Assembly: GCA_964035545.1 (NCBI GenBank)
Contig: CAXIUT010000230.1
Coordinates: forward strand, 1,488,001-1,552,000
From: Bugula neritina
Lineage: Eukaryota > Animalia > Bryozoa
Length of the DNA: 64,000 bases
Direction of reading: 5' to 3'
Positions 14,601 to 31,099 of this stretch are shown piece by piece. Within the stretch, counting starts at the first letter, position 1; the number at the start of each line of letters is the position of its first letter. The notes under the pieces were generated by a model, which had not been told where the DNA came from, did not search any database, and saw only the letters and a list, made by a program, of their open reading frames with translations. The position numbers and the translations under genes were made by a program.

Positions 14601-17415
14601 TGCGACATACCGAAATGAATGGTAAACTAGTGAAATATACTGTAACATAATGAAACATACCGGATAATACTGCAACTTAATAAAATGTACTGTAACACAC
14701 TGAAATATACTGCAAGATACTGAAATATACTGTAACATACTGAAACCCATGCAACATACTGAAATACGCTGCAACATACTGAATTATACTGCAAGATACT
14801 TCAACATACTGAAATACACTATAACACACTGAAATACACTGCAACATACTGAAGTACACTGAAATACACTGCAACATATTGAAATACATTGCAAAACATC
14901 GAAATATACTGCAACATACTGAAATATGCTGTAGCATACTGAAAGACACTACAACTCGGTGAAGTATAGTGTAATATACGGAAATGTACTGACACATGCC
15001 GAAATATACTGCAACATACTGAAATACACTGGAACATTTTGATATGCACTGCAACGCATGGAATTATACTGCAACACACTGAAACATAAGGCAACATACT
15101 GAAATACACTGCAACATACTGCAACATACTAAAACACACTGCAACATACTGAAAACCACTATAACATATTGAAATATACTGCAACATACTGAAATACACT
15201 ATAACATATTGAAATATGCTGTAGCATACTGAAATACACTGCCACACAGTTAAGTATACTGTAATACACAGAAATTTACTGTAACATACTGAAACATAGG
15301 GCAACATACTGAATATACTGCAACATACTGAAATACACTTTAACATATTGAAATATACTGCAACATACTTAAATACACTATAACATATTGAAATATGCTG
15401 TAGCATACTGAAATACACTGCCACACACTGAAGTATACTGTAATATACAGAAATGTACTGTAACATACTGAAACATAGGGCAACATACTGCAATGTACTG
15501 CAACATACTGAAATATACTGTAAGTGGTGCAACATACTGAAATACACTGTGACATATTGAAATACACTGCAACATGCTGCAACATACTGAACTACACTGG
15601 AACATATTGGAATACACTGCAACACATTGAAATATAGTGTAACACACTGAAACATACGGCAACATACTGAAACACACTGCAACCTACTGCAACATACTAA
15701 AATACACTGCAACATACTGAAAACCACTATAACATATTGAAATATACTACAACATACTGAATTACTCTCTAACATACTGAAATATGCTGTAGCATACTGA
15801 AATACACTGCAACACACTGAAGTATACTGCAATATACTGAAATGTACTGCAACATACTGAATTATACTGCAACATACTGAAATGTAATGCAACATACTGA
15901 ATTATACTGCAACATACTGCAAAATACTGAAATACACAGTTACATATTGAAATACACTGCGAGACATTGAAATATACTGCAACATACTGAAATATACTGC
16001 AAGATACTGCAATATACTGAATTAGACTGTGACATACTGAAATACACTGCACAATACTGCAAGAAACTGCAACATACTGAAATACACTGTAACATATTGA
16101 AATACACTGCATCATACTGCAACATACTGACATACACTGGAACATATTGATATACACTGCAACACATTGAAATATACTGCAACACACGGAACCATTCGGC
16201 AACATACCGAAATATACTGCGACACAGTGAAAAATACGGCAACATACTGAAATATACTGCAAATGATGCACATACTGAAATACAATGTGACACACTGAAA
16301 TACACTGCAACATACTGCAACATACTGCAACATACTGAAATACACTGTAACATATTGAAATACACTGCATAATACTGCAACATACTGAATTACACTGGAA
16401 CATATTGATATACACTGCAACACATTGAAATATTCTGTAACATAATGAAACATACCTGAACATACTGCAACGTAATAAAATATAGTGTAACACACTAAAA
16501 TATACGGCAACATACCGAAACATACTGCGACACGTTGAAAAATACTGCAACATACTGAAATATACTGCAAGTGGTGCAACATACTGAAATACACTGTGAC
16601 ACACTGAAATACACTGCAACATAATGCAACATACTGTACCATACTGTAATACACTGTTACATATCGAATTACACTGCAACATACTGCAACATACTGAAAT
16701 ATACTGCAACGTACTGCAACATACTGAAATACACTGCAACATACTGAAATATATTGCAACACATTAAAATATACTGCAAAACACTGAAACATACTGCAAC
16801 ATACTGACATATACTGCAACATACTGAAATACACTATAACATATTGAAATATACTGCAACATACTGAATTACACCCTAACATACTGAAATATGCTGTAGC
16901 ATACTGAAAGACACTACAACTCAGTGAAGTATAGTGTAATATACGGAAATGTACTGACACATGCCGAAATATACTGCAACATACTGAAATACACTGGAAC
17001 ATTTTGATATGCACTGCAACGCATTGAATTATACTGCAACACACTAAAACATAAGGCAACATACTGAAATACACTGCGAAACATTGAAACATACTGCAAC
17101 ATACTAAAATATACTGCAACATACTGCAACATCCTAAAATACACTGTAACATACTGAAATACACTGCAACACCTTAAAAAATACTGCAACATACTTAAAC
17201 ATACGGCAACATACTGAAATATACTGCAACATACTGAAATACACTCTAACATATTGAAATATACTGCAACGTACTGAAATACACTATAACATATTGAAAT
17301 ATGCTGTAGCATACTGAAATACACTGCCACACACTGAAGTATACTGTAATATACAGAAATGTACTGTAACATACTGAAACATAGGGCAACATACTGAAAT
17401 GTACTGCAACATGCT
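11641..17415 (+). repeat. Second copy of 1-~4,445 (offset 11,640, then 12,969 after an internal 1,329-bp gain)
   Basis: 11641 ACTGAAATATACTGCGACGCGTTAAAA matches position 1. ORF pairs 217/11857 and 467/12107 (+11640); 1593/14562, 2371/15340, 2793/15762 (+12969). Confidence 0.94.
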
Positions 17416-18385
17416 GAATTAAACTGCAACATACTGCAACATACTGGAATACACTGTAACATAATGAAATATGTTGTAGCACACTGCAATACACTGCAAC
17501 ACACTGTAGTATACTGTAATATACTGAAATGTACTGCAACATACTGAAATATAATGCAACGCGTTGAATTACACTGTAACATGTTGAAATATACCGCAAC
17601 ATACTGAAATGCACTGTAATATACAGAAATGTACTGTAACATACTGAAATATACTGTAACACACTGAATAATACTCTAACATACCGAAATACACTGTAAC
17701 ATACTGAATTATACTGCAACATACTGCATTATACTGAATTACACTTGAACATAATGAAATACACTGCAACACATTGAAATATACTGCGACATACCGAAAT
17801 GAATGGTAAACTAGTGAAATATACTGTAACATAATGAAACATACCGGAACATACTGCAACATACTGCAACATACTGAAATACACTGAAATATATCGAAAT
17901 ACACTGCAACATACTGCAACATACTAAAATACACTGGAACATAATGGAATACACTGCAACAAACTAAAATATACTGCAACATACTGAAATGTACTGTTAT
18001 ATACAGAAATGTACTGTAACATGCTGAAATATACTGTAACAGACTGAAATATACTCTAACATACCGAAATACACTGTAACATACTGAAATATTCTGCAAC
18101 ATACTGCATCATACTGAATTACACTTGAACGTAATGAAATACACTGCAACACATTGAAATATACTGCAACATTTCGAAATGAATAGTAAACTAGTGAAAT
18201 ATACTGTAACATAATGAAACATACCGGAACATACTGCAACATAATAAAATATAGTGTAACACACTGAAAAATGCGGCATCATACCGAAATATACTGCAAC
18301 ACGTTGAAAATTACTGCAACATACTGAAATATACTGCAACATACTGCAATATACTGAAATACACTGGAACATATTGAACTACACT
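17413..18385 (+). repeat. Further copy of ~311-1,285 (offset 17,102)
   Basis: GAATTAAACTGCAACATACTGCAACATACTGGAATAC and ATGTTGTAGC from 311-380 reappear at 17413-17482. ORF ends 540/17642, 620/17722, 1140/18242 and 1270/18372 all give +17102. Confidence 0.92.
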
Positions 18386-21300
18386 GCGAAACATTAAAAT
18401 ATACTGCAACACACTGAAACATAGGGCAACATACCGAAGTATACTGCGACACGTTGAAAAATACTGCAACATACTGAAATACACTGGGACACACTGAAAT
18501 ACACTGCAACATGCTGAAATAAACTGAGACACATTAAAATATACTGCAACACACTGAAATATACTGCAACATACTGCAACATACTAAAATACACTGCAAC
18601 ATACTGCAACATACTGAAATACACTGGGAACATATTGAAATACACTGCGAAACATTAAAATATACTGCAACACACTGAAACATAGGGCAACATACCGAAG
18701 TATACTGCGACACGTTGAAAAATACTGCAACATACTGAAATACACTGGGACACACTGAAATACACTGCAACATACTGCAACATACTGAAATACACTGGAA
18801 CTTACTGAAATATACTGCGACATATTGAAATATACAGTAACATACTGAAATATACTTCAACATACTGCAACATACTAAAATACACTGTAACATACTGCAA
18901 TACATTGCAACACATTGAAATATACTGCAACATACTGGAACATACTGCAACGTACTGAAATACACTGTAACATATTGAATTACACTGCGACACATTAAAA
19001 TATACTGCAACACACTGAAACATACGGCAACCTACCGAATTATACTGCGACACGTTGAAAAATACTGCAACATACTGAAATATACTGCAAGTAGCGCAAC
19101 ATACTGAAGTACACTGTGACACACTGAAATACACTGCAACAAACTGCAACATACTGCAACATACTGAAATACACTGTAACATACTGAAATATACTTCAAC
19201 ATACTGCAACATACTAGAATACACTGTAACATACTGAAATTCATTGCAACACATTGAAATATACTGCAACATACCGAAATGAATGGTAAACAAGTGAAAT
19301 ATACTGTGACATGATGAAACATACCGGAACATACTGCAACTTAATAAAATGTACTGTAATACACTGAAATATACTGCAAGATACTGAAATATACTGTGAC
19401 ATACTGAAACCCATGCAACATACTGAAATACGCTGCAACATACTGAAATATACTGCAAGATACTGCAACATACTGAAATACACTATAACACACTGAAATA
19501 CACTGCAACATACTTAAGTACACTGAAATACACTGTAACATATTGAAATACATCGCATAACATCGAAATATACTGCAACATACAGAAGTATACTGTAATA
19601 TACTGAAATGTTATGCAACGTACTGAAAAATAATGCAACGCATTGAATTACACTATAACATATTAAAATATACCGCAACATACTGAAATGTAGTGTAATA
19701 TACAGAAATGAACTGTAACATACTGAAATATACTGTAACACACTGAAACATACTCTAACATACCGAAATAGACTGTAACATACTGAAATATACTGCAACA
19801 TACTGAAATGTACTGCAACATACTGAAATATGCTGTAGCATATTGAAAGACACTACAACTCACTGAAGTATAGTGTAATATACGGGAATATACTGCAACA
19901 TGCCGAAATAAACTGCAACTTACTGAAATACACTGGAACATATTGATATGCACTGCAACACATTGAAATTTACTGCAACACACTGAAACATAAGGCAACA
20001 TACTGAAATACACTGCGACACATTGAAACATACTGCAACATACTAAAATATACTGCAACATACTGCGACATCCTAAAATACACTGTAACATACTGAAATA
20101 CACTGCGACATCTTGAAAAATACTGCAACATACTTAAACATACGGCAACATACTGAAATACACTGCAACATACTGAAAAATACTGCAACATACTGAAATA
20201 TACTGCAAGTGGTGCAACATACTGAAATACACTGTGAGACACTGAAATACACTGCAACATACTGCAACATACTGCAACATACTGAGATACACTGTAACAT
20301 ATTGAAATACACTGCAACATACTGCAACATACTGAAATACACTGGAACTTACTGAAATATACTGCGACACTTTAAAATATACTGTAACATACTGAAATAT
20401 ACTTCAACATACTCCAACATACTAAAGTACACTGTAACATACTGAAATACATTGCAACACATTGAAATATACTGCAACATACTGAAACATACTGCAACAT
20501 ACTGAAATATACTGCAACATACTGAATTACACTATAACATATTGAAATATATTGCAACATACTGAATCACACTCTAACATACTGAAATAGGCTGTAGCAT
20601 ACTGAAATACACTGCCACACACTGAAGTATACTGTAATATACAGAAATGTACTGTAACATACTGAAACACACGCCTACATACTGAAATGTACTGCAACAT
20701 ACTGATATATACCGCAAGTAGTGCAACATACTGAAATACACTGTGACACACTGAAATACACTGCAACACACTGCAACATACTGCAACATACTGAAATACA
20801 CTGTAACATATTGAAATACACTGCAACATACTGCAACATACTGAACCACACTGGAACATATTGGAATACACTGCAACACATTGAAATATAGTGTAACACA
20901 CTGAAACATACGGCAACATACTGAAACACACTGCAACCTACTGCAACATACTAAAATACACTGCAACATACTGAAAACCACTATAACATATTGAAATATA
21001 CTACAACATACTGAATTACTCTCTTACATACTGAAATATGCTGTAGCATACTGAAATACACTGCAACACACTGAAGTATACTGCAATATACTGAAATGTA
21101 CTGCAACATACTGAATTATACTGCAACATACTGAAATGTAATGCAACATACTGAATTATACTGCAACATACTGCAACATACTGAAATACACAGTTACATA
21201 TTAAAATACACTGCGAGACATTGAAATATACTGCAACATACTGAAATATACTGCAAGATACTGCAATATACTGAATTAGACTGTGACATACTGAAATACA

Positions 21301-24300
21301 CTGCACAATACTGCAAGAAACTGCAACATACTGAAATACACTGTAACATACTGAAATACACTGCATCATACTGCAACATACTGACATACACTGGAACATA
21401 TTGATATACACTGCAACACATTGAAATATACTGCAACACGCGGAACCATTCGGCAACATACCGAAATATACTGCGACACAGTGAAAAATACGGCAACATA
21501 CTGAAATATACTGCAAATGATGCACATACTGAAATACAATGTGACACACTGAAATACACTGCAACATACTGCAACATACTGTAACATACTGAAATACACT
21601 GTAACATACTGAAATACACTGCAACACCTTAAAAAATACTGCAACATACTTAAACATACGGCAACATACTGAAATATACTGCAACATACTGAAATACACT
21701 CTAACATATTGAAATATACTGCAACATACTGAAATACACTATAACATATTGAAATATGCTGTAGCATACTGAAATACACTGCCACACACTGAAGTATACT
21801 GTAATATACAGAAATGTACTGTAACATACTGAAACATAGGGCAACATACTGAAATGTACTGCAACATGCTGAAACATACTGTAACATATTGAAATACACT
21901 GCATCATACTGCAACATACTGACATACACTGGAACATGTTGAAATACACTGCATCGTACTGCAGCATACTGACGTACACTGAAACATATTGATATACACT
22001 GCAACACATTGAAATATACTGCAACACACGGAACCATTCGGCAACATACCGAAATATACTGCGACACAGTGAAAAATTCGGCAACATACTGAAATATACT
22101 GCAAATGATGCACATACTGAAACACAATGTGACACACTGAAATACACTGCAACATACTGCAACATACTGCAACATACTGCAACATCCTAAAATACACTGT
22201 AACATACTGAAATAGACTGCAACACATTGGAATATTCTGTAACATAATGAAACATACCGGAACATACTGCAACGTAATAAAATATAGTGTAACACACTGA
22301 AATACACTGCAACATAATGCAACATAGTGTACCATACTGAAATACACTGTAACATATCGAATTACACTGCAACATACTGCAACATAGTGAAATATACTGC
22401 AACAAACTGCAACATACTGAAATACGCTGCAACATACTGAAACACATTGCAACACATTAAAATATACTGCAAAATGCTGAAACATACTGCAACATACTGA
22501 AAGGTACTGCAACATACTGAAATACACTATAACATATTGAAATATACTGCAACATACTGAATTACACTCTAACATACTGAAATATGCTGTAGCATACTGA
22601 AATACACTGCAACACACTGAAGTATACTGTAATACACTGAAATGTAATGCAACATACTGAATTATATTGCAACATAGTGCAACATAGTGAAATACACCAC
22701 AACATACTGCAACATACTGAAATACACTGGAACATATTGAAATACACTGCGACACTCTGAAATATACTGCAACACACTGAAACATACGGCAACATACCGA
22801 AATAAACTGCGACACGTTGAAAATTACTGCAACATACTGAAATATACTGCAAATGATGCACATACTGAAATACAATGTGACACACTGAAATACCCTGCAA
22901 CATACTGCAACATACTGCAACATACAGAAATACACTGTAACATATTGAAATACACTGCATAATACTGCAACATACTGAAATACACTGGAACATATTGATA
23001 TACACTGCAACACATTGAAATATTCTGTAACATAATGAAACATACCGGAACATACTGCAACGTAATAAAATATAGTGTGACACACTGAAATATACGGCAA
23101 CATACCGAAATATACTGCGACACGTTGAAAAATACTGCAACATACTGAAATATACTGCAAGTGGTGCAACATACTGAAATACACTGTGACACAGTAAAAT
23201 ACACTGCAACATAATGCAACATACTGTACCATACTGAAATACACTGTAACATATCGAATTACACTGCAACATACTGCAACATAGTGAAATATACTGCAAC
23301 AAACTGCAACATACTGAAATACACTGCAACATACTGAAATACATTGCAACACATTAAAATATACTGCAAAATACTGAAACATACTGCAACATGCTGAAAT
23401 ATACTGCAACATACTGAAATACACTATAACATATTGAAATATACTGCAACATACTGAATTACACTCTAACAAACTGAAATATGCTGTAGCATACTGAATT
23501 ACACTGCAACACAGTGGAGTATACTGTAATACACTGAAATGTACTGCAACATACTGAACTATACTGCAACATACTGAAACATACTGGAACACACTGTAAA
23601 ATAATGAAATATGCTGTAGGACGCTGAAATACACTGCAACATCCTGAAGTATACTGTAATATACTGAAATGTTGTGCAACGTACTGAAAAATAATGCAAC
23701 GCGTTGAATTACACTATAACATATTAAAATATACCGCAACATACTGAAATGTTCTGTAATATACAGAAATGAACTGTAACATACTGAAATATACTGTAAC
23801 ACACTGAAACATACTCTAACATACCGAAATAGACTGTAACATACTGAAATATACTGCAACATACTGAAATGTACTGCAACATACTGAAATATGCTGTAGC
23901 ATATTGAAAGACACTACAACTCACTGAAGTATAGTGTAATATACGGGAATGTACTGCAACATGCCGAAATAAACTGCAACTTACTGAAATACACTGGAAC
24001 ATATTGATATGCACTGCAACACATTGAAATATACTGCAACACACTGAAACATAAGGCAACATAGTGAAATATACTGCGACACATTGGAATATACTGCAAC
24101 ATACTAAAATATACTGCAACAAACTGCAACATCCTAAAATACACTGTAGCATACTGAAACATACTGCAACATACTGACATATACTGCAACACACTGAAGT
24201 ATACTGTAATACACTGACATATAATGCAACATACTGAATTATACTGCAACATAATGCAACATACTGAAATACACCACAACATACTGCAACTTACTAAAAT

Positions 24301-27300
24301 ACACTGTGATACACTGAAATACACTGCAACATGCTGAAATAAACTGAGACACATTAAAATATACTGCAACACACTGAAATATACTGCAACATACTGCAAC
24401 ATACTAAAATACACTGCAACATACTGCAACATACTGAAATACACTGGGAACATATTGAAATACACTGCGAAACATTAAAATATACTGCAACACACTGAAA
24501 CATAGGGCAACATACCGAAGTATACTGCGACACGTTGAAAAATACTGCAACATACTGAAATACACTGGGACACACTGAAATACACTGCAACATACTGCAA
24601 CATACTGAAATACACTGGAACTTACTGAAATATACTGCGACATATTGAAATATACAGTAACATACTGAAATATACTTCAACATACTGCAACATACTAAAA
24701 TACACTGTAACATACTGCAATACATTGCAACACATTGAAATATACTGCAACATACTGAAACATACTGCAACGTACTGAAATACACTGTAACATATTGAAT
24801 TACACTGCGACACATTAAAATATACTGCAACACACTGAAACATACGGCAACCTACCGAATTATACTGCGACACGTTGAAAAATACTGCAACATACTGAAA
24901 TATACTGCAAGTAGCGCAACATACTGAAGTACACTGTGACACACTGAAATACACTGCAACACACTGCAACATACTGCAACATACTGAAATACACTGTAAC
25001 ATACTGAAATATACTTCAACATACTGCAACATACTAGAATACACTGTAACATACTGAAATTCATTGCAACACATTGAAATATACTGCAACATACCGAAAT
25101 GAATGGTAAACAAGTGAAATATACTGTGACATGATGAAACATACCGGAACATACTGCAACTTAATAAAATGTACTGTAATACACTGAAATATACTGCAAG
25201 ATACTGAAATATACTGTGACATACTGAAACCCATGCAACATACTGAAATACGCTGCAACATACTGAAATATACTGCAAGATACTGCAACATACTGAAATA
25301 CACTATAACACACTGAAATACACTGCAACATACTTAAGTACACTGAAATACACTGTAACATATTGAAATACATCGCGTAACATCGAAATATACTGCAACA
25401 TACAGAAGTATACTGTAATATACTGAAATGTTATGCAACGTACTGAAAAATAATGCAACGCATTGAATTACACTATAACATATTAAAATATACCGCAACA
25501 TACTGAAATGTAGTGTAATATACAGAAATGAACTGTAACATACTGAAATATACTGTAACACACTGAAACATACTCTAACATACCGAAATAGACTGTAACA
25601 TACTGAAATATACTGCAACATACTGAAATGTACTGCAACATACTGAAATATGCTGTAGCATATTGAAAGACACTACAACTCACTGAAGTATAGTGTAATA
25701 TACGGGAATATACTGCAACATGCCGAAATAAACTGCAACTTACTGAAATACACTGGAACATATTGATATGCACTGCAACACATTGAAATATACTGCAACA
25801 CACTGAAACATAAGGCAACATACTGAAATACACTGCGACACATTGAAACATACTGCAACATACTAAAATATACTGCAACATACTGCGACATCCTAAAATA
25901 CACTGTAACATACTGAAATACACTGCGACATCTTGAAAAATACTGCAACATACTTAAACATACGGCAACATACTGAAATACACTGCAACATACTGAAAAA
26001 TACTGCAACATACTGAAATATACTGCAAGTGGTGCAACATACTGAAATACACTGTGAGACACTGAAATACACTGCAACATACTGCAACATACTGCAACAT
26101 ACTGAGATACACTGTAACATATTGAAATACACTGCAACATACTGCAACATACTGCAACATACTGAAATACACTGGAACTTACTGAAATATACTGCGACAC
26201 TTTAAAATATACTGTAACATACTGAAATATACTTCAACATACTCCAACATACTAAAATACACTGTAACATACTGAAATACATTGCAACACATTGAAATAT
26301 ACTGCAACATACTGAAACATACTGCAACATACTGAAATATACTGCAACATACTGAATTATACTATAACATATTGAAATATATTGCAACATACTGAATCAC
26401 ACTCTAACATACTGAAATAGGCTGTAGCATACTGAAATACACTGCCACACACTGAAGTATACTGTAATATACAGAAATGTACTCTAACATACTGAAACAC
26501 ACGCCTACATACTGAAATGTACTGCAACATACTGATATATACCGCAAGTAGTGCAACATACTGAAATACACTGTGACACACTGAAATACACTGCAACACA
26601 CTGCAACATACTGCAACATACTGAAATACACTGTAACATATTGAAATACACTGCAACATACTGCAACATACTGAACCAAACTGGAACATATTGGAATACA
26701 CTGCAACACATTGAAATATAGTGTAACACACTGAAACATACGGCAACATACTGAAACACACTGCAACCTACTGCAACATACTGACATACACTGGAACATG
26801 TTGAAATACACTGCATCGTACTGCAGCATACTGACGTACACTGAAACATATTGATATACACTGCAACACATTGAAATATACTGCAACACACGGAACCATT
26901 CGGCAACATACCGAAATATACTGCGACACAGTGAAAAATACGGCAACATACTGAAATATACTGCAAATGATGCACATACTGAAACACAATGTGACACACT
27001 GAAATACACTGCAACATACTGCAACATACTGCAACATACTGAAATACACTGTAACATATTGGAATACACTGCATAATACTGCAACATACTGAAATACACT
27101 GGAACATATTGATATACACTGCAACACATTGAAATATTCTGTAACATAATGAAACATACCGGAACATACTGCAACGTAATAAAATATAGTGTAACACACT
27201 GAAATACACTGCAACATAATGCAACATAGTGTACCATACTGAAATACACTGTAACATATCGAATTACACTGCAACATACTGCAACATAGTGAAATATACT

Positions 27301-30300
27301 GCAACAAACTGCAACATACTGAAATACGCTGCAACATACTGAAACACATTGCAACACATTAAAATATACTGCAAAATGCTGAAACATACTGCAACATACT
27401 GAAAGGTACTGCAACATACTGAAATACACTATAACATCTTGAAATATACTGCAACATACTGAATTACACCCTAACATACTGAAATATGCTGTAGCATACT
27501 GAAATACACTGCAACACACTGAAGTATACTGTAATACACTGAAATGTAATGCAACATACTGAATTATATTGCAACATAGTGCAACATAGTGAAATACACC
27601 ACAACATACTGCAACATACTGAAATACACTGGAACATATTGAAATACACTGCGACACTCTGAAATATACTGCAACACACGGAAACATACGGCAACATACC
27701 GAAATAAACTGCGACACGTTGAAAATTACTGCAACATACTGAAATATACTGCAAATGATGCACATACTGAAATACAATGTGACACACTGAAATACCCTGC
27801 AACATACTGCAACATACTGCAACATACAGAAATACACTGTAACATATTGATATACACTGCATAATACTGCAACATACTGAAATACACTGGAACATATTGA
27901 TATACACTGCAACACATTGAAATATTCTGTAACATAATGAAACATACCGGAACATACTGCAACGTAATAAAATATAGTGTGACACACTGAAATATACGGC
28001 AACATACCGAAATATACTGCGACACGTTGAAAAATACTGCAACATACTGAAAAATACTGCAAGTGGTGCAACATACTGAAATACACTGTGACACAGTAAA
28101 ATACACTGCAACATAATGCAACATACTGTACCATACTGAAATACACTGTAACATATCGAATTACACTGCAACATACTGCAACATAGTGAAATATACTGCA
28201 ACAAACTGCAACATACTGAAATACACTGCAACATACTGAAATACATTGCAACACATTAAAATATACTGCAAAATACTGAAACATACTGCAACATGCTGAA
28301 ATATACTGCAACATACTGAAATACACTATAACATGTTGAAATATACTGCAACATACTGAATTACACTCTAACAAACTGAAATATGCTGTAGCATACTGAA
28401 TTACACTGCAACACAGTGGAGTATACTGTAATACACTGAAATGTACTGCAACATACTGAACTATACTGCAACATACTGAAACATACTGGAACACACTGTA
28501 AAATAATGAAATATGCTGTAGGACGCTGAAATACACTGCAACATCCTGAAGTATACTGTAATATACTGAAATGTTGTGCAACGTACTGAAAAATAATGCA
28601 ACGCGTTGAATTACACTATAACATATTAAAATATACCGCAACATACTGAAATGTTCTGTAATATACAGAAATGAACTGTAACATACTGAAATATACTGTA
28701 ACACACTGAAACATACTCTAACATACCGAAATAGACTGTAACATACTGAAATATACTGCAACATACTGAAATGTACTGCAACATACTGAAATATGCTGTA
28801 GCATATTGAAAGACACTACAACTCACTGAAGTATAGTGTAATATACGGGAATGTACTGCAACATGCCGAAATAAACTGCAACTTACTGAAATACACTGGA
28901 ACATATTGATATGCACTGCAACACATTGAAATATACTGCAACACACTGAAACATAAGGCAACATAGTGAAATATACTGCGACACATTGGAATATACTGCA
29001 ACATACTAAAATATACTGCAACAAACTGCAACATCCTAAAATACACTGTAACATACTGAAACATACTGCAACATACTGACATATACTGCAACACACTGAA
29101 GTATACTGTAATACACTGACATATAATGCAACATACTGAATTATACTGCAACATAATGCAACATACTGAAATACACCACAACATACTGCAACTTACTAAA
29201 ATACACTGTGATACACTGAAATACACTGCAACATGCTGAAATAAACTGAGACACATTAAAATATACTGCAACACACTGAAATATACTGCAACATACTGCA
29301 ACATACTAAAATACACTGCAACATACTGCAACATACTGAAATACACTGGGAACATATTGAAATACACTGCGAAACATTAAAATATACTGCAACACACTGA
29401 AACATAGGGCAACATACCGAAGTATACTGCGACACGTTGAAAAATACTGCAACATACTGAAATACACTGGGACACACTGAAATACACTGCAACATACTGC
29501 AACATACTGAAATACACTGGAACTTACTGAAATATACTGCGACATATTGAAATATACAGTAACATACTGAAATATACTTCAACATACTGCAACATACTAA
29601 AATACACTGTAACATACTGCAATACATTGCAACACATTGAAATATACTGCAACATACTGAAACATACTGCAACGTACTGAAATACACTGTAACATATTGA
29701 ATTACACTGCGACACATTAAAATATACTGCAACACACTGAAACATACGGCAACCTACCGAATTATACTGCGACACGTTGAAAAATACTGCAACATACTGA
29801 AATATACTGCAAGTAGCGCAACATACTGAAGTACACTGTGACACACTGAAATACACTGCAACACACTGCAACATACTGCAACATACTGAAATACACTGTA
29901 ACATACTGAAATATACTTAAACATACTGCAACATACTAGAATACACTGTAACATACTGAAATTCATTGCAACACATTGAAATATACTGCAACATACCGAA
30001 ATGAATGGTAAACAAGTGAAATATACTGTGACATGATGAAACATACCGGAACATACTGCAACTTAATAAAATGTACTGTAATACACTGAAATATACTGCA
30101 AGATACTGAAATATACTGTGACATACTGAAACCCATGCAACATACTGAAATACGCTGCAACATACTGAAATATACTGCAAGATACTGCAACATACTGAAA
30201 TACACTATAACACACTGAAATACACTGCAACATACTTAAGTACACTGAAATACACTGTAACATATTGAAATACATCGCATAACATCGAAATATACTGCAA

Positions 30301-31099
30301 CATACAGAAGTATACTGTAATATACTGAAATGTTATGCAACGTACTGAAAAATAATGCAACGCATTGAATTACACTATAACATATTAAAATATACCGCAA
30401 CATACTGAAATGTAGTGTAATATACAGAAATGAACTGTAACATACTGAAATATACTGTAACACACTGAAACATACTCTAACATACCGAAATAGACTGTAA
30501 CATACTGAAATATACTGCAACATACTGAAATGTACTGCAACATACTGAAATATGCTGTAGCATATTGAAAGACACTACAACTCACTGAAGTATAGTGTAA
30601 TATACGGGAATATACTGCAACATGCCGAAATAAACTGCAACTTACTGAAATACACTGGAACATATTGATATGCACTGCAACACATTGAAATATACTGCAA
30701 CACACTGAAACATAAGGCAACATACTGAAATACACTGCGACACATTGAAACATACTGCAACATACTAAAATATACTGCAACATACTGCGACATCCTAAAA
30801 TACACTGTAACATACTGAAATACACTGCGACATCTTGAAAAATACTGCAACATACTTAAACATACGGCAACATACTGAAATACACTGCAACATACTGAAA
30901 AATACTGCAACATACTGAAATATACTGCAAGTGGTGCAACATACTGAAATACACTGTGAGACACTGAAATACACTGCAACATACTGCAACATACTGCAAC
31001 ATACTGAGATACACTGTAACATATTGAAATACACTGCAACATACTGCAACATACTGCAACATACTGAAATACACTGGAACTTACTGAAATATACTGCGA

